From assembly GCA_951406725.2 (NCBI GenBank), contig OX597816.1, forward strand, positions 93,372,001 through 93,436,000: a stretch of DNA of 64,000 bases. The letters run 5' to 3'. The stretch comes from Octopus vulgaris. Lineage: Eukaryota. Below the pieces are notes generated by a model. That model worked only from the letters and a program-made list of their open reading frames with translations, had not been told where the DNA came from and searched no databases. The translations under genes and the position numbers were made by a program. Shown here one piece after another: positions 13,235-27,176 of this stretch. Positions within the stretch are counted from its first letter, which is position 1. Each line of letters starts with the position of its first letter.

Positions 13235-13320
13235 ATTTTCTACATATGTTTCAAAGGTTGCAAAGTCCCTAATTCGGATTGAATAAGGAGTCCATTTTGC
13301 AGCCTTCTCTTCAGGAAAAT
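13235..13320 (-). ncRNA. Type I minimal hammerhead ribozyme (Penelope-associated)
   Basis: AUUUUC-CUGAAGA-GAAGGCUGCAAA..UUUGCAACCUUU-GAAA-CAUAUG-UA|GAAAAU: complete core, 6-bp stem I, palindromic stem III, GUA cleavage triplet. Confidence 0.85.
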
Positions 13321-14269
13321 CCAGGAACTTAATTCTCCAACAAAATGCACAGCAAGCTTTTCACAAACGCTCACGAGGAGCCCATGGAATAAATGGCACA
13401 AACTGTCTATCTATATGCGTTGACGCCAGGCTGGGTGAAAGCAGACGAGAATGTCCGTTAAGATAGTTCAAGGTCAGAATCCGGTTAGGAGAAGGGGGGT
13501 ACAGGAAAATCAAAGAGTGTGAATGTATTTTGTATGACTGGTGTTTATATTTGAATTATTTTAAGAATGAGTGCTAGAGTGTTTGAGTGTGAGAAATTGC
13601 TTTCATGTATGTGTGTGTGCGTCTATGTATGTGTGGCAGTGTGTTTCGAAGGCAGCAAGAGAGAGATATATAGCAGGTATTAATGGTCAAGCAACAGAAA
13701 AGACTGTATATATATATATATATAAATTAGAAAAAAAACACCTTTTATCAATTCATGATATATACGATTTATTTATTATTTTGCACATTACTTAATCATC
13801 GGTATATTATTATTTTATATTTAATATTTCTATTATATGTAATTTTCTAGATGGTGTAATTTAATTGTTCATTTTGAATTGATAAAAGGTGTTTTTTTCT
13901 AATTTTATATTTCTTCGTGAAAGTCCGTTCGTCGCTATTTTTCGCGACCTTTTCAATAGCTTGTCCTTTCTCTTCAACGTCTGCCCTGAAATTTGGCCGC
14001 GAATTAATTTTATGTCTGCGTGCATGCATGCCTTTCTATGTGTGTGTAGATGTGTGTTTGCTTAGAAGAATAAGGGTGAGAGGAAAGGAGATTATGTGCG
14101 TGCGTGCGAGTGTATATGTGTGTGCGTGCGTATGTGTGTGGTTGTGTGTACACTCGTGTGACTACTTGCATGTGTATGTGTACGTGTGTGTTAGTGTGTG
14201 TAGCCATCCATGACTAGGTATGTGTATGTATAACTGTGTCTATATACGCACATAGATTTATATGCAAGA

Positions 14270-14494
14270 GGCGGCGAGCTGGCAGAAGCGTTAGCACGCC
14301 GGGCGAAATGCTTAGCAGTATTTCGTCTACGTTCTGAGTTCAAATTCCGCCGAGGTCGACTTTGCCTTTCATCCTCTCGGGGTCGATAAATAAAGTACCA
14401 GTTTCGCACTGGGTCGATGTAATCGACTTAATCCGTTTGTCTGTCCTTGTTTGTCCCCTCTATGTTTAGCCCCTTGTGGGTAGCAAAAGAAATA
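14270..14494 (+). mobile_element. Full-length, CpG-intact tRNA-derived SINE with Tx1-like 3' tail
   Basis: Head GGCGGCGAGCTGGCAGAA, B box GAGTTCAAATTCC, central GGTCGACTTTGCCTTTCATCC..GGGGTCGATAAA domain, tail TTGTCCCCTCTATGTTTAGCCCCTTGTGGGTAGCAAAAGAAATA. Confidence 0.88.
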
Positions 14495-14518
14495 TATATC
14501 ATGAATATATGTGAATAG

Positions 14519-14754
14519 AAGCAGGCGTGACTGTGTTGTAAGCTGTTCCGGGTTCAGTCCAGCTGCGTGGCACTTTGAGCGGGTGTTTCTACTATAGCCC
14601 TGGGTCGACTAAACCCTTGTGAGTAGATTTGGTTGACGGAATCTGAAAAAGCTTGTCATATATGTGTTTATCAATATTTAGCAGAAGCAACAGAGTGACT
14701 CGGGGGGCGAGAGTTTCGTTCATTGACACTTGTCAAACTACACACAGACACACA

Positions 14755-14809
<55 letters not shown>

Positions 14810-14975
14810 TCACACACACACATACATATGCATGAGTGGCCGTGTGGTAAGTAGCCTGCTTACCAACTACATGGTTCTGGGTTCAGCCCCATTACGCGAC
14901 GCCTTGGTCTTCTACTAGAGCCTCAGGCCAACCAAGGCCTTGTGAGTGAATTTGGTAGACGGAAACTGTGTGTGT
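14519..14975 (+). mobile_element. Two CORE-like SINE 5' fragments (about 14519-14660 and 14836-14975) around a (CA)n tract
   Basis: GGGTTCAGTCC..CTACTATAGCC..CCTTGTGAGT..ATTTGGTAGACGGAAACTG motifs. Confidence 0.7.
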
Positions 14976-15106
14976 GTTTGTGTTTGTCCCCCTGATGGTG
15001 GCATGTATGTACATAATGTTATTGTTCTTTCTTGCGAAATATATAGAATTACTTTAAAGAAGTGTTCGGGTCGAAACAAGTAAAAGAATAAAAGAAAGAA
15101 AAGAAA

Positions 15107-15169
<63 letters not shown>

Positions 15170-15234
15170 TTTTTACTTTTATATACATATTTATATTTAT
15201 TGCATATCTTTTACTTTTTTATATTTATATATAA

Positions 15235-16641
<1,407 letters not shown>

Positions 16642-16940
16642 GATAGATACACACACACATGCACACATACAAAGATAAATTGATAGATAGAACTGAGTGA
16701 GCAAACAAAAATATGAGACACAGCCTAGTGCTTTTTTTATGTTGATAAGCCTAGTACTTACTCTATTAGTTTGTTCTTGTGAAACCAGTAAGTTATGTGG
16801 ATGTAAATAAGTGAACAGCAGTTGTGAAGCAGTGATGAGGGCGAAACACAGAGACAAAGACACACACATACACTTACATATATACATACATATATATACG
16901 ATTTATTTGTTACAGTTCCTGTCTACGAAATCCATATATA

Positions 16941-19638
16941 TTGTTGTTGGCATCCTTTTTGTCTCGGGAGACAATGGAGTTGCGCATAAAATAATCTTGT
17001 CCGGCTTTTACATTTCATGTCCTAATACATCTCTTGCTGTGGCTGTGTAGTCCTATCCGGGACAAACACTCCCTCTGGCAGGTGCGAAGACTTTGCCTGA
17101 CTGGTTGTAATGTCATAGTTTCTTGTTGACGTCTTTTCTTGTCTTTCCATTTCTCCTTTCTCACTGTGTCACTCCTTTGTGTTCCCTCTTTCACGGTACG
17201 TCGCCAATCTCCACGGTTGCTGGCAACTACTTCCCAGTTGGTAATATTGATGTTGCAGGCATTCATGTCCCTTTTGCAAACATCCTTGTATCGTAAGAAC
17301 GGTCTTCCCACAGACCTAGTGCCCCTAGCAAGCTCTTCGTTGAGTATGTCCTTGGGGATTCTGCCATCTTCCATACGGCTAACATGTCCAAGCCATCTCA
17401 TACGTCTTTGTGTGAAGAGTGCAAACATGCTTGGTATTCCTGCTTGCTTGAGAACATCTTTGTTAGGGACATGATTCTGCCATTTGATGCGATGGATTTT
17501 CCGGAGACAGCGCAGGTGAAAGATATTTAGGCGATGTATGGCGTCGTATGGCGTGTGTATGGCGTCAAAGTCATACAGTAGAGTGCTAAGTACACATGCC
17601 TGGTAAATCTTCATTTTTGTGGTCTTGGTCAGCTTATTGTTGTCCCATGCGCGTTTGGTGAGTTGGGCCATCACAGCAGCTGCCTTGCCAATGCGTATAT
17701 TGAGCTCAGCATCAAGGGATAGGTTGTAGGTGACGGTAGAGCCAAGATAGGTAAACTTCTCCACCTCCTATACTCTGTGGTCTCCAATATGTATGTTTGG
17801 GATGTCCGATGTAGCCTGACCCATGATGTTGGTCTTCTTGAGGCTGATAACTAAGCCAAAGTTGCCAAATGCTTGCTCAAAACAGTTGCTGAGCCTTCGT
17901 AGGGCTTCTTCTATGTGTGATACCAGAGCGGCATCATCAGCAAATAGCATCTCCTTGATCAGGATGCTTCTGAAATTTTGGTCTTGGCACGCAGACGCGA
18001 GAGATTGAACAGTTCCCCATCACTTCTACTGTGCAGAAACACTCCATCATCTGATGTCTCAAAGGCATGTGACAGCAGCAGCGAGAAGAAGATGCCAAAT
18101 AATGTAGGAGCAAGGACACAACCTTGCTCTACCCCATTTTTTATTTGGAAGGCGGCTGATGTTGAACCATTGTGCTGTATGGTGCCTTGCATATTAGCAT
18201 GGAATGATTTGATGATCCTCAGCAGCTTTGGTGGACATCCGATTTTTTGGAGCAGGATGAAGAGGCCTTTTCTACTTACCAAGTCAAAGCCCTTTGTCAG
18301 ATCAATGAAGGCCATATATAATGGCATGTTCTGCTCTCTGGACTTCTGAAGTTGGCGTATGGAGAATATCATGTCAATAGTTGATCTGCTTCTAAAGCCA
18401 CACTGCGATTCTGGATAAATTCGAGAAGCAATTAGTTGCAGTCTGGACAGGATAATGCAAGCAGAGGCCTTTCCAACTGTGCTTAGAAGAGATATTCCAC
18501 GGTAATTGTTACAATCATCACGTTCACTTTTATTTTTGTAAAGCGTAATGATGTTAGCATCCCGCATATTCTGAGGGACTGTACCCTCTTACCTGCACTG
18601 ACACAGAAGCTCATGAATGTGCCGAAGCAGGATGGTGTTTTTGCAGGTTTTGATGATCTCTAAGGGGATGCCGTCTTTTCCCGGAGTCTTGTTACTTGCT
18701 AGGGAGTCAATAGATTTGGTGAGCTCTGCTATAGATGGCAGACTGTCAAGTTCACACATGACTGGCAAGATCTTGACACCCTCGATTGCAGCCTCAGCTA
18801 CCGTGGTCTCTCGTGAGTAGAGATCCTGGTAGTACTCCATCCATCTATCCATTTGCTTGCTTTGGTCCCTGATGAGATCTCCAGTAGTTGATTTCAGAGG
18901 GGCTGAGGTATTTGCGGATGGACCGAGGGCCTTCTTCAAACCGGCATACATCCCACGGGTGTCGCCACTGTCAGCAGCTGACTGGATACTCTGACAGATT
19001 TCCTTTCAATACCCATTTGCATAGCGTCTGGCAGTCAGTTGGGTTTTATTTCTTGCCTTTCTGAGTTCTTCGTGTGACTTTGTAGAAGAACCACTCTTGT
19101 ATTGCATCAGAGCTGTACGCTTTGCTTCGATAACTGGTTCCAGCTCTGAGAGCCCAGCACTGAACAAAATCTGGGTTTTACCTTTCTCTCATTCCGAAAG
19201 CATCTATTGATGTGGTATACAAAGCTTCCCTGATATAATTCCACCTACTTTCAGCAGAGGAGGTTGGGCAGCTACTGAGGGCAACCTTGATAAAAACAGC
19301 AAAACATTGTCGCAGTGTAGGGTTCGAGGTTCTGGCAGTGTTAATGCGTGGTTGGCTAATTTTCTTGGAGTGATGGACTTTTTAGGCAGAATCCTCACCC
19401 TTCTTATTAGTGAATGATCTGTCTCACAATCCGTGCTACGGGTCAGTTGAACAGAATTCAGAAAGGATCTTTGTGTAATGATGAGATCCAACTGATGCCA
19501 GTGGTGAGATCTTGGATGTCTCCAAGATGCCTTGTGGGATGTCTTGTTAGGAAAGAATGTGTTGGTGATGCACAGGTTATGGTATGTGCAAAATTCAAGT
19601 AGTCTCTGGCTATTGTCATTCATGTTGCCAATACTAAA
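16941..19638 (-). mobile_element. 5'-truncated RTE-clade LINE (end of APE domain + RT), frameshifted
   Basis: WRHPRSHHWHQLDLII, NYRGISLLS, PESQCGFR, FIDLTKGFD, QGCVLAPTLF, LFADD, RWLGHVSRM, SRIGLHSH; (CAA)n tail at 16941. Confidence 0.95.
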
Positions 19639-19706
19639 ACACATACACTTACATATATACATACATATATATACGATTGAATTGTTTCAGTTCCTGTCCA
19701 CGAAAT

Positions 19707-19769
<63 letters not shown>

Positions 19770-20330
19770 CATACATATATATATGTATGTACACACACAC
19801 ACACACAAAGATAAATTGATAGATACAACTGAGTGGGCAAACAAAAATGTGAGACACTGCGTAGAGCTTTTTTAAATTTTGATAAGCCTGGTACTTATTC
19901 TATCAGTTTCTTCTTGTGAAACCAGTATGTTATGGGGATGTAAATAAACGAACACCAGTTGTGAAGCAGTGATGAGGGAGAAACACAAAGACACATACAC
20001 AGACTTACATACATACATACATACATATATATACGATTGATTTCTTTCAGTTTCTGTCTACAAAATCCACTGACAAGGCTTTGGTTGGTCTTAGGCTATA
20101 GTAGAAGACACATGCCAAGTTACCACACAGTGGGACTGAACTGAGAACCATGCGTTTTGGAACCATAAGAATACTTATGCATAAATCTAAAATCTTAAAT
20201 AATTTCTTTGTTATTGTAGTATATATCAGTAAAAAATGGAATATTCCCAAAATTGCATGATTAACTAAATGATTTCCATTTCTTATTTAAACGTGGCAAT
20301 CCTCTTGAAAAAATTGTGAACCCGATAGGA

Positions 20331-22184
20331 GGTTTGAGTTCGGTAGGAACACGTGTCGGAAATATATGCGTGTTGTTATCTGTGACTAGACGGTGAAATT
20401 TTTTCTGTGTAAATTGATTTGATATCGCGCGAGGCGTTTGCCTCCACGTGTGGAAACCTTCCGAAGAAGGTGAATTGACCCTCTAGTCATGGCGACTTAC
20501 GCGGGGGTCACCGGGAAAAATAACGATTCGTCGATAATCATAAAGGAGGTTTTCTTTGAGAAGGATAAACTCAAAGAATATGAAAAGCTCTTCAAAAGGG
20601 AGGGTGATAGCGTGAAGCTAATCACCCCGCGAAAGCAAAAGAGGATAAAGAAAGCAAGACAGTGACATACAGAACCCAAGACAAAAATACGAAGAAACTG
20701 GCAAGAGTGGAGATAGTCGAAATTGAAAAATGTCTGGGAGACATAATGGGGAAAATAACCTACGTGAGTAGAGGCAAGAAATTTGGTACGGTGGAGGTGA
20801 GATGTGCAACGGAAGAAATTGCGACCTCACTGGCTACCACCGTACTAAGAGCCGAAAAATTCACAATGTGGCCCTCATACAAGGGAAGAAGAGGGGTCCG
20901 GGTTAAAATCCCGAATATACCCCCAGAAGTGAAAACAGAATGGCTGGCAACAGCTATTCTAGGAGCAGCAGAAGAGGAAGTGGAGGTGGAATCTATTAAG
21001 GAGTCCAACGCGGTAAACTGGAGAGGATATGGGGTAGAATTGTGGTTGATGGCCACAAAAGAGGATATTGAAAGGTTTCCATACAGAATTGAAATTGAAG
21101 AGGAAAAAACCCTCAGCGTATTTGTAGAGGGGAGAAAACCAAACTGTTACTTGTGTGGGACAAGGGGGCACATTAAAAAAGAGTGCCCGTTATACGAATT
21201 CGTAGCGGAGTGCGAGCAGGAACTTGAAGAAAAGAAGAATACTGTAAATGAGAAAGAAAACATAGAAAAGGAAACAAAACAACAAGAGAAAGGAAATAAT
21301 AAGTCAATGAAGGAAAAAGAAATAAAAGAAAAGAAAGAAATAGAACCAAAACAGAGTCAGGAAAAAAAAAAAGGAGAAAGAAACAGAGAAAAGGAGTCAG
21401 GAAAAAAAAAAGGAGAAAGAAACAGAGAAAAGGAGAAAAAAAAAGGAAAAAACAAGAGAGGGATCAGAATCAAACGAAAAGAAAAGACGGCACACAAAAG
21501 GAAAAAGAAAAGGAACATAAAACACGAGAGAAAGAGAGAACAGAGAAAGAACCAAAAAGACAAGAGAAGGAAGGAGAAAGAAAAGAAAGCAAAAAGAGAG
21601 AAAGAGAGAAACAAAGAGAGGAGAACAAGGAAGAAATAAGCCCGAAAAGGAAAATGAAGGAAAACGTAGGACGGAAACAAGATTACTATTACTACAAGTT
21701 AGTAACCTTCCATTTCTGCCCTGAAATGAAAGACTTGACATGTAAAACGGAGGGACATATATGGGTCAACAGGATGACCGATCGGTGGCGGGAGACTGCT
21801 CTAATCTCCGAAGAAAGAGTCGCTGAGTTCCTCAGAGCTGCCGGAGAGAGTGTAATATTTTACACGAAGGTTCGAATGAGAGAGCGGCTGCCTGAGGGCT
21901 CAGTGATAGACTTCAGAGAAGTGGAAACTATGATAGAATATGTATAGAATTGTGTAAAGAAAAAAAAAAAAAGAGAAAAAAGAAAATTTTGTGAAATATA
22001 TGTGACGAAAATGTAACCTCTCGACTCCGGGGATCGAGTGGGCATTTACATCTCATTGTAAATATTCTTTCATATGTCATTTTTTACTTTTATTTTTTCC
22101 TTTTCTTGTCATTCGCTTTCTTATTTTAAGTTCCCCGATTGTATTGTCCCCTCTATGTGGCCCCTAGTGGGTAATAAAGAAATA
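20331..22184 (+). mobile_element. ORF1-only non-autonomous Tx1-related retroelement (half-LINE)
   Basis: Begins GGTTTGAGTTCGGT like the LINE at 22194; the last 48 nt are identical to 27374-27421; flanked by CCGATAGGA (20322-20330, 22185-22193); no endonuclease or RT sequence. Confidence 0.85.
20489..21947 (+). CDS. Tx1/L1-type ORF1p (RRM-like region + CCHC knuckle + K/E-rich linker + distinct C-terminal domain); frameshifts in A-runs
   Basis: MATYAGVTGK start; core in ORF 20662..21639 with VFVEGRKPNCYLCGTRGHIKKEC (CX2CX4HX4C); tail domain in ORF 21654..21947. Confidence 0.8.
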
Positions 22185-22423
22185 CCGATAGGAGGTTTGA
22201 GTTCGGTCGTGTTTTTTTGCGTTTATTAGTAAGTTGATATATTTTTGCTCTCGTATTGTTATCTCTGTTATTCTATACTGTCTGTCTACCTGTTTTGTTC
22301 ATTGTTGTCTAACTGACGAAGTCAACCTTCGCGCGAGGACTTCGCGTTGGTGTTCCCCCTCCGTGGGGGAAAACTACAATTAATTTGGATTTACCAAAGG
22401 CTTGTTAAAGCCATTTGCTCAAG

Positions 22424-23773
22424 ATGGAGTCCCCCATCTCTTATTCGCCCGTGACGAGCGAGGATGAATACCCGGCGTTGTCGCCAAGAAAAAAAGAGGC
22501 GTTGTCGCCGAAGAAAAAAGAGGCGGCGTCGCCCAATAAAATGGAAAAACCAGCACCAGCATCAACTCCAGCGAAAAAATTCGCTGAAGTGGCTGGGAAA
22601 AAGATTAAAAAAATAAATGTAGAAAATTTGGAAAAATTTTCAGACTGTGTAAAAAAAGAGGGCACAGAAGTGACTGTGGTCACAAACGTACAAAAACAAG
22701 ATATAGAAAAAAAAGAATAATATATAAAACTTACAACACAACGACAAAAATGATTCAAAAAATCGAAGAAAAAAAAATAGAGTTTTGTCTAAAACCTTTA
22801 ATGGATAAAATAACCTATATAAACAGAGGGAAAAGATACGGCACAGTGGAGGTGCGTTTTACTACTGAGGAGATAGCGAAAAAACTATCGATGGAGCCGA
22901 TCAAAGCAGAAAACATTGTTTTACTACCATTGTATAGAGGGAAAAGGACGTCGAAACTTTCAATGAACAACATTCCCCCAGAGGCAGATGCAGAATGTCT
23001 GGTGGCAGCAGTGATGGTAGGCCTGGAGGAAAAAATAAACATCCTCCAGGCCACAGTGGAGGAAGAGGAGTTTTGGAAAGGGCAGAAAATAGTGATAGCC
23101 ATCCAGGCGGAGGTGCAAACACTGGAAGAAATTCCAGAAACGTTAAAAATTAGTGAAGACGAGAAAATAACAGTTTTCGTGGAGGGCAGGAAGCCGAGGT
23201 GCTTCGGCTGCGGCAAGAAGGGTCATGTAAAGGCGGAATGCCAACCCCAACCCAAACCGCAGGAAGCACCTAAGCCAAGAGAAAAAGAAGATAATGTGTC
23301 ACCAGAAGCAGCGTCGGACGGCCCAGAAGGGAAGACTGAATGTGTGGAGGTGACGGTGACAGCAGAACCAGCGGCGGAGGAAAATAAGAGCGAGGAAAAG
23401 ATAAATGAGGAGGGGTGGGCAAAAATTAGCGGAAAAAAAAAGAAAAACGGAAACCACCCCTCCCAGAGTAATTTTAAAAAAGAAAAGAGAGTCAATGAAC
23501 TCGTATATGGCCGTAAAAGCAGCAAATAGCAGACTCGGAAACGTGTTGGCAGCTATGGCCAAAGTGGAGAAAGTAGTGAAAAAAAACGACTTTGTAATTT
23601 ACAGAATAGGCCGGAAGGATTACGGGCGGATAAAGTCCGAATTCTTCCATGACGTAGGCCCACTTAGATTGGATGTGACATCTCCACATATATTCGAGGG
23701 CCTACGTCAGACTCCCCCACGAGGCCCAGAAAAAGAGTTAGAAGAACAAGAGAAAACCGAACCACTGATATAA
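22424..23773 (+). CDS. Tx1 ORF1p (CCHC zinc knuckle); two frameshifts at A-homopolymers
   Basis: ORFs 22415..22720, 22750..23529 and 23405..23773 join at A-runs; VFVEGRKPRCFGCGKKGHVKAEC. Confidence 0.88.
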
Positions 23774-23782
23774 AGGTAAGTA

Positions 23783-26700
23783 ATGGATTACATTTATGTT
23801 GGTTGTTTGAATGTGCGCGGCCTGGGAGCAGGCTGGAAGCAAGGTCGCTTCCTGCATGATATCAGGTCGCGTAATTTAGATGTTATTGTTGCTACAGAAA
23901 CCCGGTTAGAGGGGCCAAGAGGTCTACTCCCGCTGTTTGACGGCTACGAGAGTTTTTTCTCTCCTGGCAGTCCTACTGGCGGAAGTGGGGTGTTGGTCCT
24001 AATAAAAAGAAACCGGGTTTCTGAGAAAAAGTTAATTTTTGCAGATCCAGAAGGTAGGCTGGTCGTCATGGATTTGACGTTCAGTAACGGTAAAGTTATC
24101 AGACTGGTTGCAATTTACGCACCCAACCATACCGGGCAAAGTGATTATTTTCGTGAACTAGAAAACTTTCTTGGTACTTCGCATTCATTAGTTGTGCTGG
24201 GAGATTTTAACACAATTTGCAAAGCGGATGTAGATTGTGTTGGCTCGCGTTCAGATAGAAAAGGTAACAGTGGCTTCATGGAACTGCTAAGCCGCTTTGA
24301 GCTAGCAGATCCTTATAGGCTGGAATTTCCGAACGCTCCATTGTGGACATGGTCAAACAGCGACGGATCTTCCAGGTCATATTTAGATAGAATACTAATT
24401 AGAAAAGTAGACAGAAAAATAGCTAAGTGTCCACAGTTTTACCCGATCAGCTACAGTGATCATAAAATGGTCACCTGTAAGCTTGACATAGATAAGGTTA
24501 AAAATAGAGGATCCGGTTACTGGAAACTTAATACGTCCCTTTTGGCGATTAAGGAGTACAAAGACCGGATTAGGACTATAATTCAGAGGGCACTATCTGG
24601 TACCATCATTAATAACAAATGGTGGTACGCCCTCAAACGAGCCATCAAGTTCGAGTCAATTAGATATAGCATAGGAGTAGTGGCTAGAGAGGCTAGGAGA
24701 AACTACTCTAGTTAAGGAATTAGACGAAGCCTTGAAAACTGGCTCTGCGGCTCAGGTGGCGTCCAAGAGACTGGTGTTAAACCAGCACCTCGAGGCCAAA
24801 CACATGGGCTGCATTGTCAGGGCTAGGATCCGCGCAATAGGATGTGAAGGAATCAACGCCGTGAGATGGGCCCGAGTGGTGGAAGCCAAGCGTGGTAACG
24901 ATGCCACGATTCGATCTATGACGAACCAACAAGGTGAGTTGATAAACGAGCCCGAGGAGATGTGTGAGGCCTTTCAGGAGCACTTCGCTCAGCTTTTCGG
25001 TGAGTGCGGCGGACTGGATAGGAGGAGGGCCTTTACGGACCTACTCGACGGGCTGCCGCGCTTATCGGGGCGAGATGCGGAGGGCTGTGAAGGGCCAATC
25101 ACGCCTGAGGAAGTGGTTGAGGCAATGGCGGACTGCGGCGCGGGCAAGGTGCCGGGTTTGGATGGTCTACCCTATGAGTTATATAAGAGTATGCCAGACT
25201 TGTTCGGGCACCTACTGGCGGAGGTCTATGCGAACTGGCAGCAGAACGGGCTTATACCCAGATCTGTGCGCCGGGGAGTAGTGACACTCGTCAGAAAGGA
25301 CCCGAGCAAGGGGGAGTGCATTGATAATTTCAGGCCCATCACTCTGCTAAACACAGAGTTGAAGATTTTGGCCAAAGTGTTATCGAAAAGATTGGCGCGT
25401 GTCGCGGATGGTCTGATCGGGGAGGCACAGACATGTGCCGTTCCGGGCAGAACTATTCAGGATAATCTCCATCTAATGCGGTACACTATAGAGGGGTTTA
25501 ATAGTGATTCTGGCAAGGGTGGGGCACTGGTCCATTTAGACCAATCTAAAGCATTTGATAGGGTCGACCATCGGTACCTGGTATCTGCCCTGGCACAGTT
25601 CGGGCTGAGCCTTGGCTTCCTCAGGTGGATTATACAAATTTACGATAACGTCGACTCGGTAGTTCGGGTGAACGGCTTCTTGTCGAAGCCGTTCAACATC
25701 AAGCGCTCGGTTCGTCAAGGGTGCCCGCTCTCCCCGCTTTTGTACGTGATGGCTCTTGAGCCATTACTGCGAAAACTGAGCGGCATCCCGAGACAGCCAG
25801 GTAGTGGAAAATCGGTGTCAGCGTACGCGGATGACATCACCATCATCGTAACCGAAATGGACCACCTATGTAAAGTAGGCAAGGCCATAGAGGTCTACGA
25901 GACGGTGACAGGAGCAAAAGTTAATCGCGAAAAGTCAGTCGGCTTGCAACTCGGCACCTGGAGAGGCAAGTCGATGCCTCCTGACAGCGTCGTGGGACGT
26001 TGGACGGAGGGTCCGATTAAATTGCTAGGGGTCTGGTTCTGTCCAGACCTCCAAATAGAGAAGAATTGGGGCGAGGTAACGAGCAGGGTGGCTACAGTAA
26101 CCAAGACCTGGTCTTGGCGGTGGTTATCCCTGAAAGGGAGGGCGGAGGTGGCCAATGTGTTTATCGCATCGGTTATCACCTACCGCCTTTCCGTCGTTCC
26201 TTGCCCTGATTCGTGGTTGATCAAGTTGGAAAGACAGCTCTTCTACTTCTTGTGGAAGGGCGGCAAACCACTTGTGAAACGCTCTACTTGCTGTCAACAA
26301 CCGTTAAAGGGTGGGCTAGGGATGCCTTGGCTGATGATGCGCAGACATGCGCTGAGGTTAAGACATCTGTGGCTCTACCTGGATGGTGAACGGGTGTGGT
26401 CTCCGCTAGCAAAACTGATGTTTCCCAAGTTCACTAGTTTCGGTGGATGGGAAACCTGGCTGAATCGTAGATCGAAACTTGGTACTTGATACACGGAGTG
26501 TCGCAAGGCTCTCCTGCTATTCCGTCGCTCGGGCAACGCCTGCGGTGGGGGTTCCACCACATTCTTCTATAGAGGGTTGGTAGAGGCGGGATGTGAAGAT
26601 GCCTTGGGGGAAACCCTAGGTCTCGACGATAATCAGCTGGCCAGTCTGTTCCGACGTACGTTCAAGCCGAAGACACTGGACAACTTCCAGAAGTCTCTGG

Positions 26701-27176
26701 CATGGCAATGCTACAGAGGAGCTCTACCTGTTCGGGATAAACTCGCAAGGCACGGTGGCCGAGACAGTCCGATATGTCCAAGATGCGGGCGGGATAGGGA
26801 AACCGTCCCGCACGCTATTGTTCATTGTCCGGACGTGTCTGAGGTGTGGGTTTATGCCGAACAGCTGTTGTCAAGTACACGAAGAGTACAGCTGTCAACT
26901 GAGTCGATTACAAAAATTGACCCACCGGATTTCCTCGCGAATGAAGGTAAGTTTCGTTTTCTCGTTGTAGTAGCAATTGCGAAAGAGGTGATATGGAAGA
27001 CGAGAATGAAAGGTCTACAGTCAGGCAAGTTCATCTCCGGCCCTGGTTTGATGAATTATTTCATCTTTCACCTGAAAAGGAAGATAGGGCTGGAGAGAAT
27101 ATGCCTGACTAAGAGAGTGTATAAAGAACGATGGAAAGATGTAGCACGAAAGTTGCGAGTGAATGATACAACATAA
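23783..27176 (+). CDS. Tx1 ORF2p: AP endonuclease, reverse transcriptase, C-terminal zinc finger; one frameshift (~24700) and one in-frame stop (26487-26489)
   Basis: LNVRGL, TETRL, LGDFN, YLDRIL, SDHK; PGLDGLPYELY, FRPITLLN, LDQSKAFDRV, RQGCPLSPLLY, YADD; CPRCGRDRETVPHAIVHC. Confidence 0.95.

Noticed and set aside
20322-20344. U2 snRNA, tRNA, 5S or spliced-leader sequence as the Tx1 target or 5' end
   Set aside because: No convincing match to sequences I recall; the GTTTGAG resemblance to nematode SL1 is too short.
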